From a virus (taxonomy: Duplodnaviria; Caudoviricetes), in IMG/VR virus record IMGVR_UViG_3300037067_025869, positions 1-64,000 of that record: DNA of 64,000 nucleotides; one strand, written 5' to 3'. This document shows, piece by piece, positions 9,761-20,591 of the stretch; the stretch's first letter is position 1; the number at the start of each line of letters is the position of its first letter. The notes under the pieces are model-generated. The model searched no databases, was not told the origin of the DNA, and saw nothing but the letters and a program-made list of their open reading frames with translations. The position numbers and the translations under genes were made by a program.

Positions 9761-12331
9761 TCATGGTTTTATTATAACAAGCTTTTGAGCAAAAAATGTT
9801 TTATTTCCAAATCCCATTTGTATAATATAAAAACCTGTTTTGAAATCTATAGGGATTCTAAACTCTTTTATATTGGGATCTAACTTTTTATCATACATTA
9901 TTTTGCCAGTTACCGAAATTATTTTTATGTAATTATAAATTGATTCAGAATTTTCTATTTTAACATTAAAGTACTCATCAGCTGGATTAGGGTAAATCCT
10001 AATTTTTTCATAAACCACAACCGGAATATCATCAATTATAGCTACGTTGTTTGTAACAATTTTTAGAGTTAAAGACTCAGCTATACCACCCTCCGGGGTT
10101 TGTATCGGATTTGACAAGGGCGAAGTATATGAAATAGTGATAACGTCTCCAAAAACAACTGCGGAGGATAGGGTTAAAATAACTTTCGTGTCTATTATAG
10201 CTATATTATTTACGCTTACCGGATTTGAATTTACGAGTATTGTGAATGCTAAAGATATAGGAGGTATATTAGCTAAAGACACGTTATAAGTCATCTCAAT
10301 TTTATCCGGTGCTTCATTTAGAATTTCAGAACTGATATATATAGGAGCTTCAACAATTGGGGGTAGGGAGCTAGAAAAAATCAATATTGCTGAGGAGTAT
10401 GGAGCAAGAGTTATGCTGCCTGAATAGGTGTTCCCTTTAACGTCGATATAACTGCCATCAAGAGAGACCACTTTATTTGAATTTGAAGCATTATACTCAA
10501 ACCGGATCCTGTTAAGGTCTGTAAAAGAGACCGGCGATTCATATGAGTTATTGTCCTGGCCGCTGAACGATTGCCAGTCATCAAGCGAACGGGCTATTGC
10601 ACTGCCTGACCATCCTGCACTCCAGGTTCTGACAACTTTACCGTTATCTGCTGGTTTTACATAACCGTTATTATCAGCTGTGCCAAAACTTGAAATATCA
10701 TTATCGGGAGTCACGAAACACAAATTATACTGAGAGGCCTCCCTTGCAAAGAAGATATTGTTGTTCATCGTTATGTTTCTGATGGGGTCATCAGGGCTGT
10801 AACCGTCATGGATGCAGAGCATCTGAGTACCCCAGTCATCACGTCCGTTTCCGTTATTATAAAGAGTGTTTCCTGTAATTCCGATCTCATGTGCATTATG
10901 CAGATATATTCCGGCGGTATTGCAGTTTGCCAATGTATTATTTTGTAAAAGAACATTTTCTGTACGGTCATCCAAATAGATTCCAAATGTCAAAATATCA
11001 TCACCCGGAGAAGCCTCTGGATATCCCATTCCATTTAATACTATATTGCTAGTTACTTTCTGGCCGGTGCATGCAGTGCCTGTCCCGACATATGTATAAA
11101 TACCACCGCCATCATCCTTAATAAGATTAAAACCATTGACGAAGTTATTGGATACAATAGTGTTATCACCAGCAAAATGAATACCGATATATCCAGTTTC
11201 CTCGATTATGTTATATTGTATTAGACTATTGTCCCCTCCGATATTTATTGCATTATATGTTCCATCACCGCTATCTCCCATACCGATAAGAACCCCTGAT
11301 TTCCTGATTGTATTTGATGTTACCGCGGCATAGGTGTGATCCCCCCTAAGCGAGATCGCATTGCTGTTGCTGTTTGTGATTGTGTTGGAGGTAATTTTGC
11401 AATACGGTGATGTACCCCACCAAGGTCCGTAGATGGCAGTTCCTCCGGTAAAGTTGATATTGCAGTTCTGGATGGTAATATAATCGGAGTTACGTACCTG
11501 AATCGCATTAACATTGGCCCCTTCAATTGTAAGGTTGTCGAAGGTGATATAGTTTTTATCGTCAAGGTAGGCAATCTCATCAATGGTGCTGACCTTTACA
11601 GTATAATTTGAAGGACTTGCGCTTCCAAAGTACATGTAAAAGTTTGAACCGTCGTAATACCATTCACCAGTTTGGTCGAGTGTTGAGAGGCTATTCTGTA
11701 TGAAATATCCATATCCGTCGCTGGCACCGTAATATGAGCCGCTGGTGTAATATACAGTACTGCCCGAATGGGACGTAATGGCATTTCTGTCCCATATATA
11801 TAAATTCTTTCTTATAACAATCTCAGCTCCTGTCCAATCAGGACTCGATGACAATTGAGCATCATAAATGGAAGTATTCGAAGAATGGGAATCGATCGAC
11901 ATGTATCCCGAATTTGGCCATCTGCCCATAGGAGTATTTGCCCCGTTTACGGTAATCATATTCGGATCAGATTCACATGAAAGCGATTTATAATAAATCC
12001 CTCCGCCATAATTAACCCAGCCGCTGATAGTCGTGAACCCGGTGATAACCGGATTGTTCCCGGAGCCATAGGCACTTATTGTAATAGGACTCCCGGCTGA
12101 TCCGGACCGGGAAATTGACAAAGAACCGTAAAAAGTTTCTCCGCGTTTAAAGAGAATCCTGTCGCCTGCGTTAAGATTTGCAAATTCTGAATTTACTTTG
12201 GAAATGCTTTCCCACGGAGTAGAGGATGAAAGCCCGGTTGAAGAATCATTCCCTGCTGAGCTGACATAATAATCCGTAGCTGAAGCAACCATGGAAATGT
12301 AGAATAATAGCATCATCAATAATTTTCTCAT
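9761..12331 (-). CDS. Secreted right-handed beta-helix protein with SwmB-like domain and T9SS C-terminal sorting domain
   Basis: Signal peptide MRKLLMMLLFYISMVASA; DYYVSSAGNDS, GDRILFKRG; many beta-helix repeats (DDGGGIY, GIYLDD); IYPNPA...GFYII...KLVI CTD. Confidence 0.85.
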   Translation of the reverse strand: MRKLLMMLLFYISMVASATDYYVSSAGNDSSTGLSSSTPWESISKVNSEFANLNAGDRILFKRGETFYGSLSISRSGSAGSPITISAYGSGNNPVITGFTTISGWVNYGGGIYYKSLSCESDPNMITVNGANTPMGRWPNSGYMSIDSHSSNTSIYDAQLSSSPDWTGAEIVIRKNLYIWDRNAITSHSGSTVYYTSGSYYGASDGYGYFIQNSLSTLDQTGEWYYDGSNFYMYFGSASPSNYTVKVSTIDEIAYLDDKNYITFDNLTIEGANVNAIQVRNSDYITIQNCNINFTGGTAIYGPWWGTSPYCKITSNTITNSNSNAISLRGDHTYAAVTSNTIRKSGVLIGMGDSGDGTYNAINIGGDNSLIQYNIIEETGYIGIHFAGDNTIVSNNFVNGFNLIKDDGGGIYTYVGTGTACTGQKVTSNIVLNGMGYPEASPGDDILTFGIYLDDRTENVLLQNNTLANCNTAGIYLHNAHEIGITGNTLYNNGNGRDDWGTQMLCIHDGYSPDDPIRNITMNNNIFFAREASQYNLCFVTPDNDISSFGTADNNGYVKPADNGKVVRTWSAGWSGSAIARSLDDWQSFSGQDNNSYESPVSFTDLNRIRFEYNASNSNKVVSLDGSYIDVKGNTYSGSITLAPYSSAILIFSSSLPPIVEAPIYISSEILNEAPDKIEMTYNVSLANIPPISLAFTILVNSNPVSVNNIAIIDTKVILTLSSAVVFGDVITISYTSPLSNPIQTPEGGIAESLTLKIVTNNVAIIDDIPVVVYEKIRIYPNPADEYFNVKIENSESIYNYIKIISVTGKIMYDKKLDPNIKEFRIPIDFKTGFYIIQMGFGNKTFFAQKLVIIKP

Positions 12332-12373
12332 AGATCATATCATCGTGATTTTAAATTCTAATGAAAAATTATT

Positions 12374-13231
12374 TTAAAGTTCTTCAGCTCCCGGTTCTTC
12401 TTCTGGTGGTAATGGTTCTGGTGGTTTTTTAGATTCTACCTCTTCCTGAGGTAGTAAAATAGTCGTTGGTTCTTCTTCTGTTTTAGGAACCGGAGCTCCA
12501 ATAGGTTTAGTAATAAATATCTTCTTTCTTCCTCTTTGTATTTCTTCCTTGGGAACTATTTCTCCTATGTTTCGAAGTCTAGCTTCCGGGACTTTGAATA
12601 AAGCATTATCTGCTGTAGTTCGAGCATAAACTGATCCGTCATCCCCTATTCTAATAATTTCAATCTGTATATTTTTACCATATCTATTGAGGTAATTTCT
12701 GACATCGCCAACCTGGAGCTCATCGATTGGTTCTTCATATTCGGGTTTAATCGCGGTAACATCAATTGGCTTTGTCGGTTTTTCTTCTCTGCGAACTTTC
12801 TTAGCTTCCTTATCTTTGTCCTGAACAACTACAATAGGTCTTCCCTTCTCCTCATCTTTCTTGAGAACAATTTCTTTGCTTCTTTGAGAAACACTCCTCC
12901 AAGCCATTTTATCTAAATCAAAGAAAGTAGCTACTTTTGTAGAAGAAGGGCGTATTCCTTTTGGATGATCTTCTCGAGGAATATATTTCATCATAGTTGT
13001 TCCAGTAGCTGGACGGACTTCTCCATCCAACTTAATAAACTCAAAATTAATAATTTTTTGGCGTAAAAGCTTTCTTAATTCCGGAATTGTGATGGGTTCT
13101 CCATATAAAAATTTCTCACATAAAAATTCTTTATAAAAAAAATCTACTATTTCTTTATCCTCTAGGTTTTCACAAATTTTATTTCCGAAAAGCTCTTCAG
13201 TTAATATATTTTTTATAAGAAATTCTGTCAT
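12374..13231 (-). CDS. SH3-fold (WYL_2/DUF2693-like) protein with Pro/Glu-rich tail
   Basis: FEFIKLDGEVRPATGT...FFDLDKMAWRS pattern. Confidence 0.65.
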   Translation of the reverse strand: MTEFLIKNILTEELFGNKICENLEDKEIVDFFYKEFLCEKFLYGEPITIPELRKLLRQKIINFEFIKLDGEVRPATGTTMMKYIPREDHPKGIRPSSTKVATFFDLDKMAWRSVSQRSKEIVLKKDEEKGRPIVVVQDKDKEAKKVRREEKPTKPIDVTAIKPEYEEPIDELQVGDVRNYLNRYGKNIQIEIIRIGDDGSVYARTTADNALFKVPEARLRNIGEIVPKEEIQRGRKKIFITKPIGAPVPKTEEEPTTILLPQEEVESKKPPEPLPPEEEPGAEEL

Positions 13232-13306
13232 CCGTTTATAAACGTTTTATTATTTATTCAAGTTCGGGATTTAACCCTCTTCCGAAATTTGAACTTTATT
13301 TTACTA

Positions 13307-14107
13307 TCATACAAATAATTTAGCCCCTATTTTTTCTTCAGCTCTTTCAATATATTTTTGATAGTTTGGGTTCTTTAAAGATTTTTGTATTGCAATAATT
13401 TCTTCTTCAGAAGGAATTTTTAATTGATCTTTTTCCTTTAATACTGTATCAGTTACAATTCCTAAGTGAAAATATGCTATTTTAGGATGCCCAGCAACCT
13501 GCCCAATTTCTAGGCATCTAATAACCCGCACGTCATTTCCTATCAAAAGAGGTTTATCCGTAATGCCCTTAAATGCAAGAATACGATGAAAATTATCATT
13601 ATCATTTATAACTAGTATTTGGCCGGGCCTCCATCCAAATAATTTTTCCTTAATCTCTCTTTCTGATGATGATCTTTTAAATTCCATCGCTTCATTGAGT
13701 GAAGGAACTAATCCAGTCTCCTCTGCTATTTTTTCCAGATATTTAGGCAATTCGGAAAGGGCTTTTCGAACTTTGTCAATTTCTTCATTAGTCAATCCTC
13801 TTTTTCCCTCAGCCCAGAGATCAGTTATTCCAAAAACTTTCGCACTTCGAACTAAAAAATGGTTTAATTTTCCATCCTTTCGAAAAAGCGCCCCAATATA
13901 GCAAACAGCAATTGGAATCCCATCCCCCTCTAAATCATCCTCTCTTGCTCTTTTGATAAACATATAAACTTCTTTATATGGTTTATTCTTTGCCCAGGGT
14001 TCATCATAAGTAATTAATTGGCCTGGTCTAAATCCTACTAATCTGTCTTTAATCTCTCTAGAAGAAAGACCTCGTTGGAAGTTGATACTTTCTCGAACCA
14101 TTCCCAT
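13307..14107 (-). CDS. Protein of two tandem related domains, putative virion internal protein
   Basis: RESINFQRGLSSREIKDRLVGFRPGQ repeated as LNEAMEFKRSSSEREIKEKLFGWRPGQ. Confidence 0.75.
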   Translation of the reverse strand: MGMVRESINFQRGLSSREIKDRLVGFRPGQLITYDEPWAKNKPYKEVYMFIKRAREDDLEGDGIPIAVCYIGALFRKDGKLNHFLVRSAKVFGITDLWAEGKRGLTNEEIDKVRKALSELPKYLEKIAEETGLVPSLNEAMEFKRSSSEREIKEKLFGWRPGQILVINDNDNFHRILAFKGITDKPLLIGNDVRVIRCLEIGQVAGHPKIAYFHLGIVTDTVLKEKDQLKIPSEEEIIAIQKSLKNPNYQKYIERAEEKIGAKLFV

Positions 14108-14108
14108 T

Positions 14109-14804
14109 TTATTCTGTTGTTTCCCCGCCGAATTTTTCCGAACTTTCTTCAGCTTCTTCTTTGGTTTTAAAACTTATTCCATCCTGATGATTTGGAGGGG
14201 AATAAAGAGTATATAATTTTAAAGCTCCTTCGCCGGTATTAATAATATTATGCTTAGAACCTGCAGGAACGATTATACCACTTCCATCTTCAACATCATA
14301 TTCTTCATCATTAATAATGACTGTTCCTTCTCCCTCTTCAAATCTAAAAAATTGATCAATATCAGAATGAACTTCTTCCCCGATGTCTTCTCCTGGTTGT
14401 AAGATCATCAATACAAGCTGAAGATTCCCACTTGTATACAATACTCTTCGAAAATCTTCATTTTCTAGGGTAGCTTCTTCGATATTTTCGTGGAATCCTT
14501 TTTTAGCTGATCCGTCTTTTGATGTTTTATCTTCAGTAGGTTCATCCTCGCTAGATTCTTCTCTAGCCATATTATAAATATATTCTTCTACTTCTTCTGC
14601 TTCAATACCCATTTCATCTGCAAGATTATGAATATCTTCGTCTTCAAAACCCCCCTGATATTCGGAAACAAAAGCTTCGATTGCTTTCTTTTGCGCTGAA
14701 GTAAATTTGATTTCATCTACTTCGGGTTTTCCATCTATTTGTTCATCCTCGACAAATACCTCCGATAGAAATTCTTGCAAATTTTCATTGACAATTTTTT
14801 TCAT
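14109..14804 (-). CDS. Cupin-domain protein with acidic N-terminal extension
   Basis: NEDFRRVLYT, GEEVH..DQFF..EEG, IVPAGSKHNIIN, LYTLYSPPNH. Confidence 0.85.
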   Translation of the reverse strand: MKKIVNENLQEFLSEVFVEDEQIDGKPEVDEIKFTSAQKKAIEAFVSEYQGGFEDEDIHNLADEMGIEAEEVEEYIYNMAREESSEDEPTEDKTSKDGSAKKGFHENIEEATLENEDFRRVLYTSGNLQLVLMILQPGEDIGEEVHSDIDQFFRFEEGEGTVIINDEEYDVEDGSGIIVPAGSKHNIINTGEGALKLYTLYSPPNHQDGISFKTKEEAEESSEKFGGETTE

Positions 14805-14823
14805 AATTATGCTATATTTTATT

Positions 14824-14832
14824 TATATATTC
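14824..14832 (-). promoter_or_regulatory. Putative phage late promoter (RATAWATA)
   Basis: GAATATATA; the same motif precedes many genes (e.g. 13251-13259, 24372-24380, 26988-26996, 32977-32985, 35863-35871, 58321-58328 minus; 49432-49440, 51915-51923 plus). Confidence 0.6.
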
Positions 14833-14836
14833 CAAT

Positions 14837-14864
14837 AAAAAAACGGGTGTTTATCCCGTTTTTT
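14837..14864. terminator. Intrinsic terminator (symmetrical)
   Basis: AAAAAAACGGG-loop-CCCGTTTTTT downstream of nrdJ. Confidence 0.75.
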
Positions 14865-14888
14865 AATAGATCCCTTTTATAAAGAGCA

Positions 14889-17480
14889 TTAATTGCATTT
14901 TGAATATCCGCAATTTTTACATGAGCTACATCCAGACTCTTTTATTAGAGGTTTTCCACATTCCGGGCATACCTCTCCAATAATTTCTTCTATAATATAC
15001 TTAGAAAGGCATCTTCTAATAACTGATGAAAAAGAAGTAATATTTTCATCTATTTTAGTAATAATATGATTAACATATCGAATTGGAGCACCGTGTCTTA
15101 AAAGCATCGAAGCAGATAGTGTTAATGTTTTTTCTTCAATCCTACTTGAAGTTAAATTGATATCTCCTATTTCAAATTCTCCATTAATAAATTTATATTG
15201 CCCCTTTTTGAGTTTAATTATTTTTCCGCGGGTATTTTTTAACACAGGGGGGTTTTCAAAAGCAAATACTTCATAAGGGCGATTAGTTCCCGGCCATAAT
15301 CCAACTATGACAGCAAATTTTATTCCTTTTGCAGTTACGGCATAATAATCTGCTTCAAGAACACGCGGTCTCTTGGGAGCAGTAGTTTCTTTAAATTCGG
15401 ATTCATCTTTTTCTTTCTTTGATAAAAGAACACCTGCTCTTGACCCCTCCCTGTAGATTGTTAATCCTTTGCAGCCTGCTTTCCATCCCTGAAAATAAAT
15501 ATCATTAACCTCTTTTATACTTATCTTTTCAGGAAGATTGTGTGTTACTGAGATCGAATGATCTATCCACTTTTGAATAGCCCCCTGCATGTGAACTTTT
15601 TCAAGATAATCAATATTATGCGATTCAGCTCCGGCCCAAGGGGATTCTTTTATTAATTCATTAAGAGTTTCTTCTGGAAGGGATTTAAATTTTGCTAATA
15701 CCTCTTCAAATGACAAATTCTCAGAAACTTGTCCCCCCCTATCCATTAATTCCTGCAAATTTTTAATCTTATGCTGAATATACCAATCAATAAATGGATA
15801 ATGAATGACATTGTATTCTTCAAAGGAATCCCCGTTATCGTCAACAAATGAAACTTTAACCCCCTTCTCACCGGGATTAACTTTTCTTCTTCTACGATAA
15901 TAAACCTTGAAAACAGGTTCTATACCTGATGTTGTTTGCGATAAAATAGCTAATGATCCTGTAGGAGCAACAGTTAAATTAGCAATATTTCTACGCCCGA
16001 ATTTTAAATAATCATCATATTCTTTATTATCGAAATTTTGACCAATGACTCTCCTAATAAATGGGTTTAAAGATTCTTTATCAACATTCCAGATCGGGAA
16101 ACATCCCCTTTCTTTAGCAAGATTTATACTTTCCCTATAAGAATTAATAGCTATAACCTTATGAATTTGTTCGGCTAATTCCGTAGCCTCTGAGGTTCCG
16201 TACTTAATTCCGAGAGCTGCAAACATATCGCCAAGCCCCAAAATACCTACTCCTGTACGTCTTCCATTGCGAAGAAATTTAAGTATTTTTGTCCATACTT
16301 CTTTTTCGGTTCTTTTAAATTCTTCAGGCTCCTTATCATTAGTGATTTTATTTAATATTTGAAGTATTTTCTCTTCCTCTGCATCAATAACATCATCCAT
16401 AAATCTTTGAGCATATTTTGCCCTCTTTGCAAGTTCTGCCCAATCGATTCTTGCATCTTTTGTAAATGGATTTTCAACGATGGTATAAAGATTAATACTG
16501 CCTAACCTGCAGCTATCGTAGGGGGATAATGGTAATTCTCCGCAAGGGTTGGTTCCCAATGTTCTGAAACCCATGTCATTATACATATCGGCTGGGGATT
16601 CTTTCAATATATTATCCCAAAATAATACCCCCGGCTCTGCGTTCTTGTGTGCTTGTTTTATTATAGCATTCCAAATCTCCCTTGCTTTTACCCTACGAAC
16701 ATAGCATCCTTCTTCGGTTCTATAAAGTTTATTGTAAATATATTTTTCAAAAACTTTTGGCTGAATAGATTCTGCTGGCCACCGAAGAAGATAATCTTCA
16801 TCTCGTTCGACAGCGGTCATAAATTCATCTGTAATCTTTACTGAAACATTAGCTCCGGTTACTTTTGTAAGATCCTCCTTTTTCATGATAAAATCCATGA
16901 TATCTGGGTGGTTGACATGACAAGTTATCATAAGGGCCCCCCTTCTACCATCTTGAGCAACCTCTCTTGTAGAATTAGAATACCGCTCCATAAAAGAGGT
17001 AGCTCCAGTTGAAGATTGAGCAGCATTGTTTACAGAAGCGGTTGCAGGGCGAAGATGTTCAAGAGTTATTCCGACCCCTCCTCTTCTTTTCATAAGTTGG
17101 ACAATGGATTCGTCAATATTGAATATGCCTCCATATGAATCTGAGCCATTATCAATAAAAAAACAATTTCCTAATGAAGATATTTGCCCGGTATTTCCTA
17201 ATCCAAATTGGATTGACCCGCCAAATATAAATTTCTTAAAGTTTTTTAAAGAGTCATATATTTCTTCATAGGGTAGGGGGTTGGGATATTTTTGTTCGAT
17301 CCTGTAGATTTCTTTTGCTAATCTTCGAATCGTATCATCCGGGGTTAATTCTAGGTAATAATTTTCATTTTTTAATTTTAATGCGTATTTTTTTATCCAT
17401 ACATTCGTTGCTAACAAATCCTGCTGAAAATATTTTAATCCAGCCTCCTTTAATTGATCCTCCGTATACTTATTTTCCAT
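14889..17480 (-). CDS. nrdJ: Class II (adenosylcobalamin-dependent) ribonucleotide reductase
   Basis: GNCF, GGVGI, TNPCGE, CRLGSINL, APTG, Q..IDHSIS, C-terminal CPECG...CxxC zinc ribbon; no ATP cone. Confidence 0.9.
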   Translation of the reverse strand: MENKYTEDQLKEAGLKYFQQDLLATNVWIKKYALKLKNENYYLELTPDDTIRRLAKEIYRIEQKYPNPLPYEEIYDSLKNFKKFIFGGSIQFGLGNTGQISSLGNCFFIDNGSDSYGGIFNIDESIVQLMKRRGGVGITLEHLRPATASVNNAAQSSTGATSFMERYSNSTREVAQDGRRGALMITCHVNHPDIMDFIMKKEDLTKVTGANVSVKITDEFMTAVERDEDYLLRWPAESIQPKVFEKYIYNKLYRTEEGCYVRRVKAREIWNAIIKQAHKNAEPGVLFWDNILKESPADMYNDMGFRTLGTNPCGELPLSPYDSCRLGSINLYTIVENPFTKDARIDWAELAKRAKYAQRFMDDVIDAEEEKILQILNKITNDKEPEEFKRTEKEVWTKILKFLRNGRRTGVGILGLGDMFAALGIKYGTSEATELAEQIHKVIAINSYRESINLAKERGCFPIWNVDKESLNPFIRRVIGQNFDNKEYDDYLKFGRRNIANLTVAPTGSLAILSQTTSGIEPVFKVYYRRRRKVNPGEKGVKVSFVDDNGDSFEEYNVIHYPFIDWYIQHKIKNLQELMDRGGQVSENLSFEEVLAKFKSLPEETLNELIKESPWAGAESHNIDYLEKVHMQGAIQKWIDHSISVTHNLPEKISIKEVNDIYFQGWKAGCKGLTIYREGSRAGVLLSKKEKDESEFKETTAPKRPRVLEADYYAVTAKGIKFAVIVGLWPGTNRPYEVFAFENPPVLKNTRGKIIKLKKGQYKFINGEFEIGDINLTSSRIEEKTLTLSASMLLRHGAPIRYVNHIITKIDENITSFSSVIRRCLSKYIIEEIIGEVCPECGKPLIKESGCSSCKNCGYSKCN

Positions 17481-17554
17481 TAAACATATTTTATTTTTAT
17501 TATTTTTATCTCATTTTAAGCAAGTTATATATCCATTTTTAACGGTTTTCGATA

Positions 17555-19207
17555 TTAAGAAGAAAAATTATAATTTTTTTTATATTTTAAATTGCCAGAG
17601 TCAAAAGCTCTAATGAATCCTTTTTCGTGCATTATTTCTATCTCAGTTTTCTGTTTATTTGATTCATTTATAATTTTATCTTTCCTATAAGAAAACCTAT
17701 GCTTTCTACATCCATTTATAATCCAGTAATAGCCTGGGTCACATTCTTTTTCCTTTTTAAATCCTATTTTCTCATAAAATTTTCCATTAGAATAATCTCT
17801 TTTAGCATAAGTTATAATACAATTTGGTTTATAAGTTTTTTCAAAATATGTTAATATTTTTGAAGCACCCCCGACAATTACGGTATTTAGAGCAGAACAA
17901 AATCGATGAAGTTCGTAATTTCCTTCCGCATATTTTGAACCTAAAGAAATTCTATTTTTTCCGAATCCCATTACCGAAACCAATTGATCTGAATAGAAAA
18001 GCCCGATTTTAATAGAAGAATTTATAGCTCCTTGTAAATGGTTTTTTATTAAAAATTCTTTATATTCATAAGACCCTATTTCTCTAATATAAGTTTTCCT
18101 TGCGAAAATTATATTTTCAGTTTTATTTAATTTATTAGAAATTAAAGATTTAATTATTTCTTTTTTATTATAAAAATCGTCTTCCCATATTTGAATTAAC
18201 TGTATTCCCCTTTCCTCGCATTTTTTTAATTTATTTAAATGATATTTTTTATTTTTATAAATTTCAGAATGCCAGTAAATGCCATTTAGTTCAATAGCTA
18301 AATTAAATTCCGGAATAAAAAAATCTATTTCTTCTGGCTTTATAATTAATCTGTCATTTTTAAGATAATTTATTTTTAGATCTCTTAAAATTTCTTCAAA
18401 TTCGCTTTCAAACGAAGAAAATGAATTTAAAGGATTACATATAGGACAAATTACGCCATTTCTGTTTCGAGCAGCTCTATTATAAAAAGTTATAGCATCT
18501 ATTTTGAACTCAGGATGCTTTTCACATGCATTAAAAATTTTCAAAGAATTTGTATCCAAATACTCTACTTTATAACCCTTTACACACCACTGATTAATAG
18601 AGTTTTCTTTTTTATTTTTCCCGTTATCTCTATATTCTTTTAATGAAAATATATTTCTTACCCCATATTTTACTAATAACGTATTTTCGGCTTTTTCTTT
18701 TATCTCCTTTATTTCGAATGGAGATTTAACATTTATCCCATACTTTTTATAGAGAGTTTTATTTCTTTTCTTTTTAATGAAATCCCCATTTTCTGAATAA
18801 ATTTTTTTTAAGGATTTAGAAACCGATAAACTATTTTTATTTATAATCTCTGGATCTTTATTAGCGCATGATCGGGAACAATAAATCCCATAATTATATT
18901 TAAATTTTAGAGGGGTTTTACAAATTTTACAAAGAGGGCGTGTTGATAAGTCATGGGTTAAACAATATATTTTCTCCTGTAAAGAAAAAGATGAATCAAA
19001 AGAGGAATTTATGAAATCCCATAAATCATATTTCAAGAGAAATTTTTTATTTGTTCTAGAAGGAATAATTAATTTTTTTCCATTTAATAGCAAAGACTTA
19101 ATTCTATCAATCATACGAGCATTTTCTCTATATATCCCTTTACTATGAGAGGGATTTAGATATTTTATTTTCTCTTTCCTTAAGTATTTTTTGTAATTCA
19201 ATAGCAT
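17555..19207 (-). mobile_element. Free-standing endonuclease: Zn finger + PD-(D/E)XK (Vsr/Hef-like) + GNAT-like domain
   Basis: CKIC/CSRSC, EIDFFIPEFNLAIELNGIYWHS, IQIWEDD, NHLQG, YELHRFC, GGASK, YEKIGF. Confidence 0.8.
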
Positions 19208-20591
19208 CTAATTCAGCATCCTTAGCCTTTTTCTGAGCTTTCTTCCTCTGAGCATAATAATCTGTTAAGATCTCTGGGAGCAATGGTTCATAAGACGCAT
19301 CAAAAACTGCGCCAGAAGAACACTTTACCCGCTTATCATTCGCTTTATAATTTTTATCTTTTGTAATAAAATTCTCAATAGAAATTTTAAATTGTCTCAT
19401 TATAGTAGGATACAGAGAATTAAAATCAAAGGATCCTACCCATCCATATAAATCTGGAGTGGGATTAAATACAAAAGCTCCTTCATAAGATTCTCTCGTT
19501 CTCTCTCTCCTTTCTTGGGGAAATACCAAATTTCTACCATAAGCATATCTAGCTGCAATAGCTTCAAGCATGTATATCGGGGAAAAAGCATTCATGGCTT
19601 CAACCCTTGTAATATTGCTTAATCCTAGAAAGATACCAAGAGTTTTAAGTTTATAATGAATCTGTTCTACAAGTATAGAATCTATTGCATTATAAAAAAC
19701 ATATTGATCAAAATCCTTATTATATTGTTCGGAAAAAGATCCAGGGTATTTAACTTTAGTAACCCCAAGAGTTGCTTCAGCTGTAAAATCTAAAGACATG
19801 TTTTCTTTTGGATCAATTACTCGATCCCATTTTTTATAGATCTCCATATAGTCTACAATAAGCTTATGCTGGGGGAGAAGAATATCAACCCTTTCATTTT
19901 TATCCATAATCTTATGTTTATACCATTGTTTGGTCGGGCTCATCCAAGAAATGTCTATATGTAATAGATGACAACGATTAGAGATGTATCTCCAGTCATA
20001 ATTCCAAAAATTCCATCCAATAATAAGGGGGGCATGACGTGCATAATTATAAAGGAAATCATAAAGCATATCTGCTTCGTTATTGAATTGCTTATAAACA
20101 AAAGAATATCGGATACCCAATTTTTCTAAGTGTTTATTGATATTTGATTCAATTTTATCAATCTCAGGAGCCGATAAAGGTTTTAATCCAAAAACAATGA
20201 CTTGATCTTTATGACTCCATGAAATGGTATTAATTCGACTCATTGCATCTCTTGGCTCAGCAAATCCGCTATCTTCATCAACATCTACTTCAATATCACA
20301 TGAATAAGCATTGGGTTTGTTCATCTCAAATAATGGGCCAACCAATTCTTCCCCTGCATCTACAAAAAATTCCTGTATTCTGTATCGGGAAAGAAACTCA
20401 CTCGGAGTTTTTCTGACTGGACGATTATCCCAAGACCTCACTTTTGGGTCAGATCCGGATTGTGATCTAGAATAAGTATAAATATATTGATGAGATGGAG
20501 GAATATTTAACTGCATAAAAGAAATATTTCCTTCCTTGTTGATATAAGAAACAATTAATTTTCCGTGTCTTTGTTCGATATTAATTATCAT
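19143..20591 (-). CDS. gp43: Family B DNA polymerase, N-terminal half (exonuclease + motif A)
   Basis: DIEVD ExoI, GWNFWNYD ExoII, YNAID ExoIII, YEGAFV, SFDFNSLYPTIM; ends in the fingers after QRKK; no KxxxNSxYG or YGDTDS. Confidence 0.9.
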   Translation of the reverse strand: MIINIEQRHGKLIVSYINKEGNISFMQLNIPPSHQYIYTYSRSQSGSDPKVRSWDNRPVRKTPSEFLSRYRIQEFFVDAGEELVGPLFEMNKPNAYSCDIEVDVDEDSGFAEPRDAMSRINTISWSHKDQVIVFGLKPLSAPEIDKIESNINKHLEKLGIRYSFVYKQFNNEADMLYDFLYNYARHAPLIIGWNFWNYDWRYISNRCHLLHIDISWMSPTKQWYKHKIMDKNERVDILLPQHKLIVDYMEIYKKWDRVIDPKENMSLDFTAEATLGVTKVKYPGSFSEQYNKDFDQYVFYNAIDSILVEQIHYKLKTLGIFLGLSNITRVEAMNAFSPIYMLEAIAARYAYGRNLVFPQERRERTRESYEGAFVFNPTPDLYGWVGSFDFNSLYPTIMRQFKISIENFITKDKNYKANDKRVKCSSGAVFDASYEPLLPEILTDYYAQRKKAQKKAKDAELDAIELQKILKERENKISKSLS

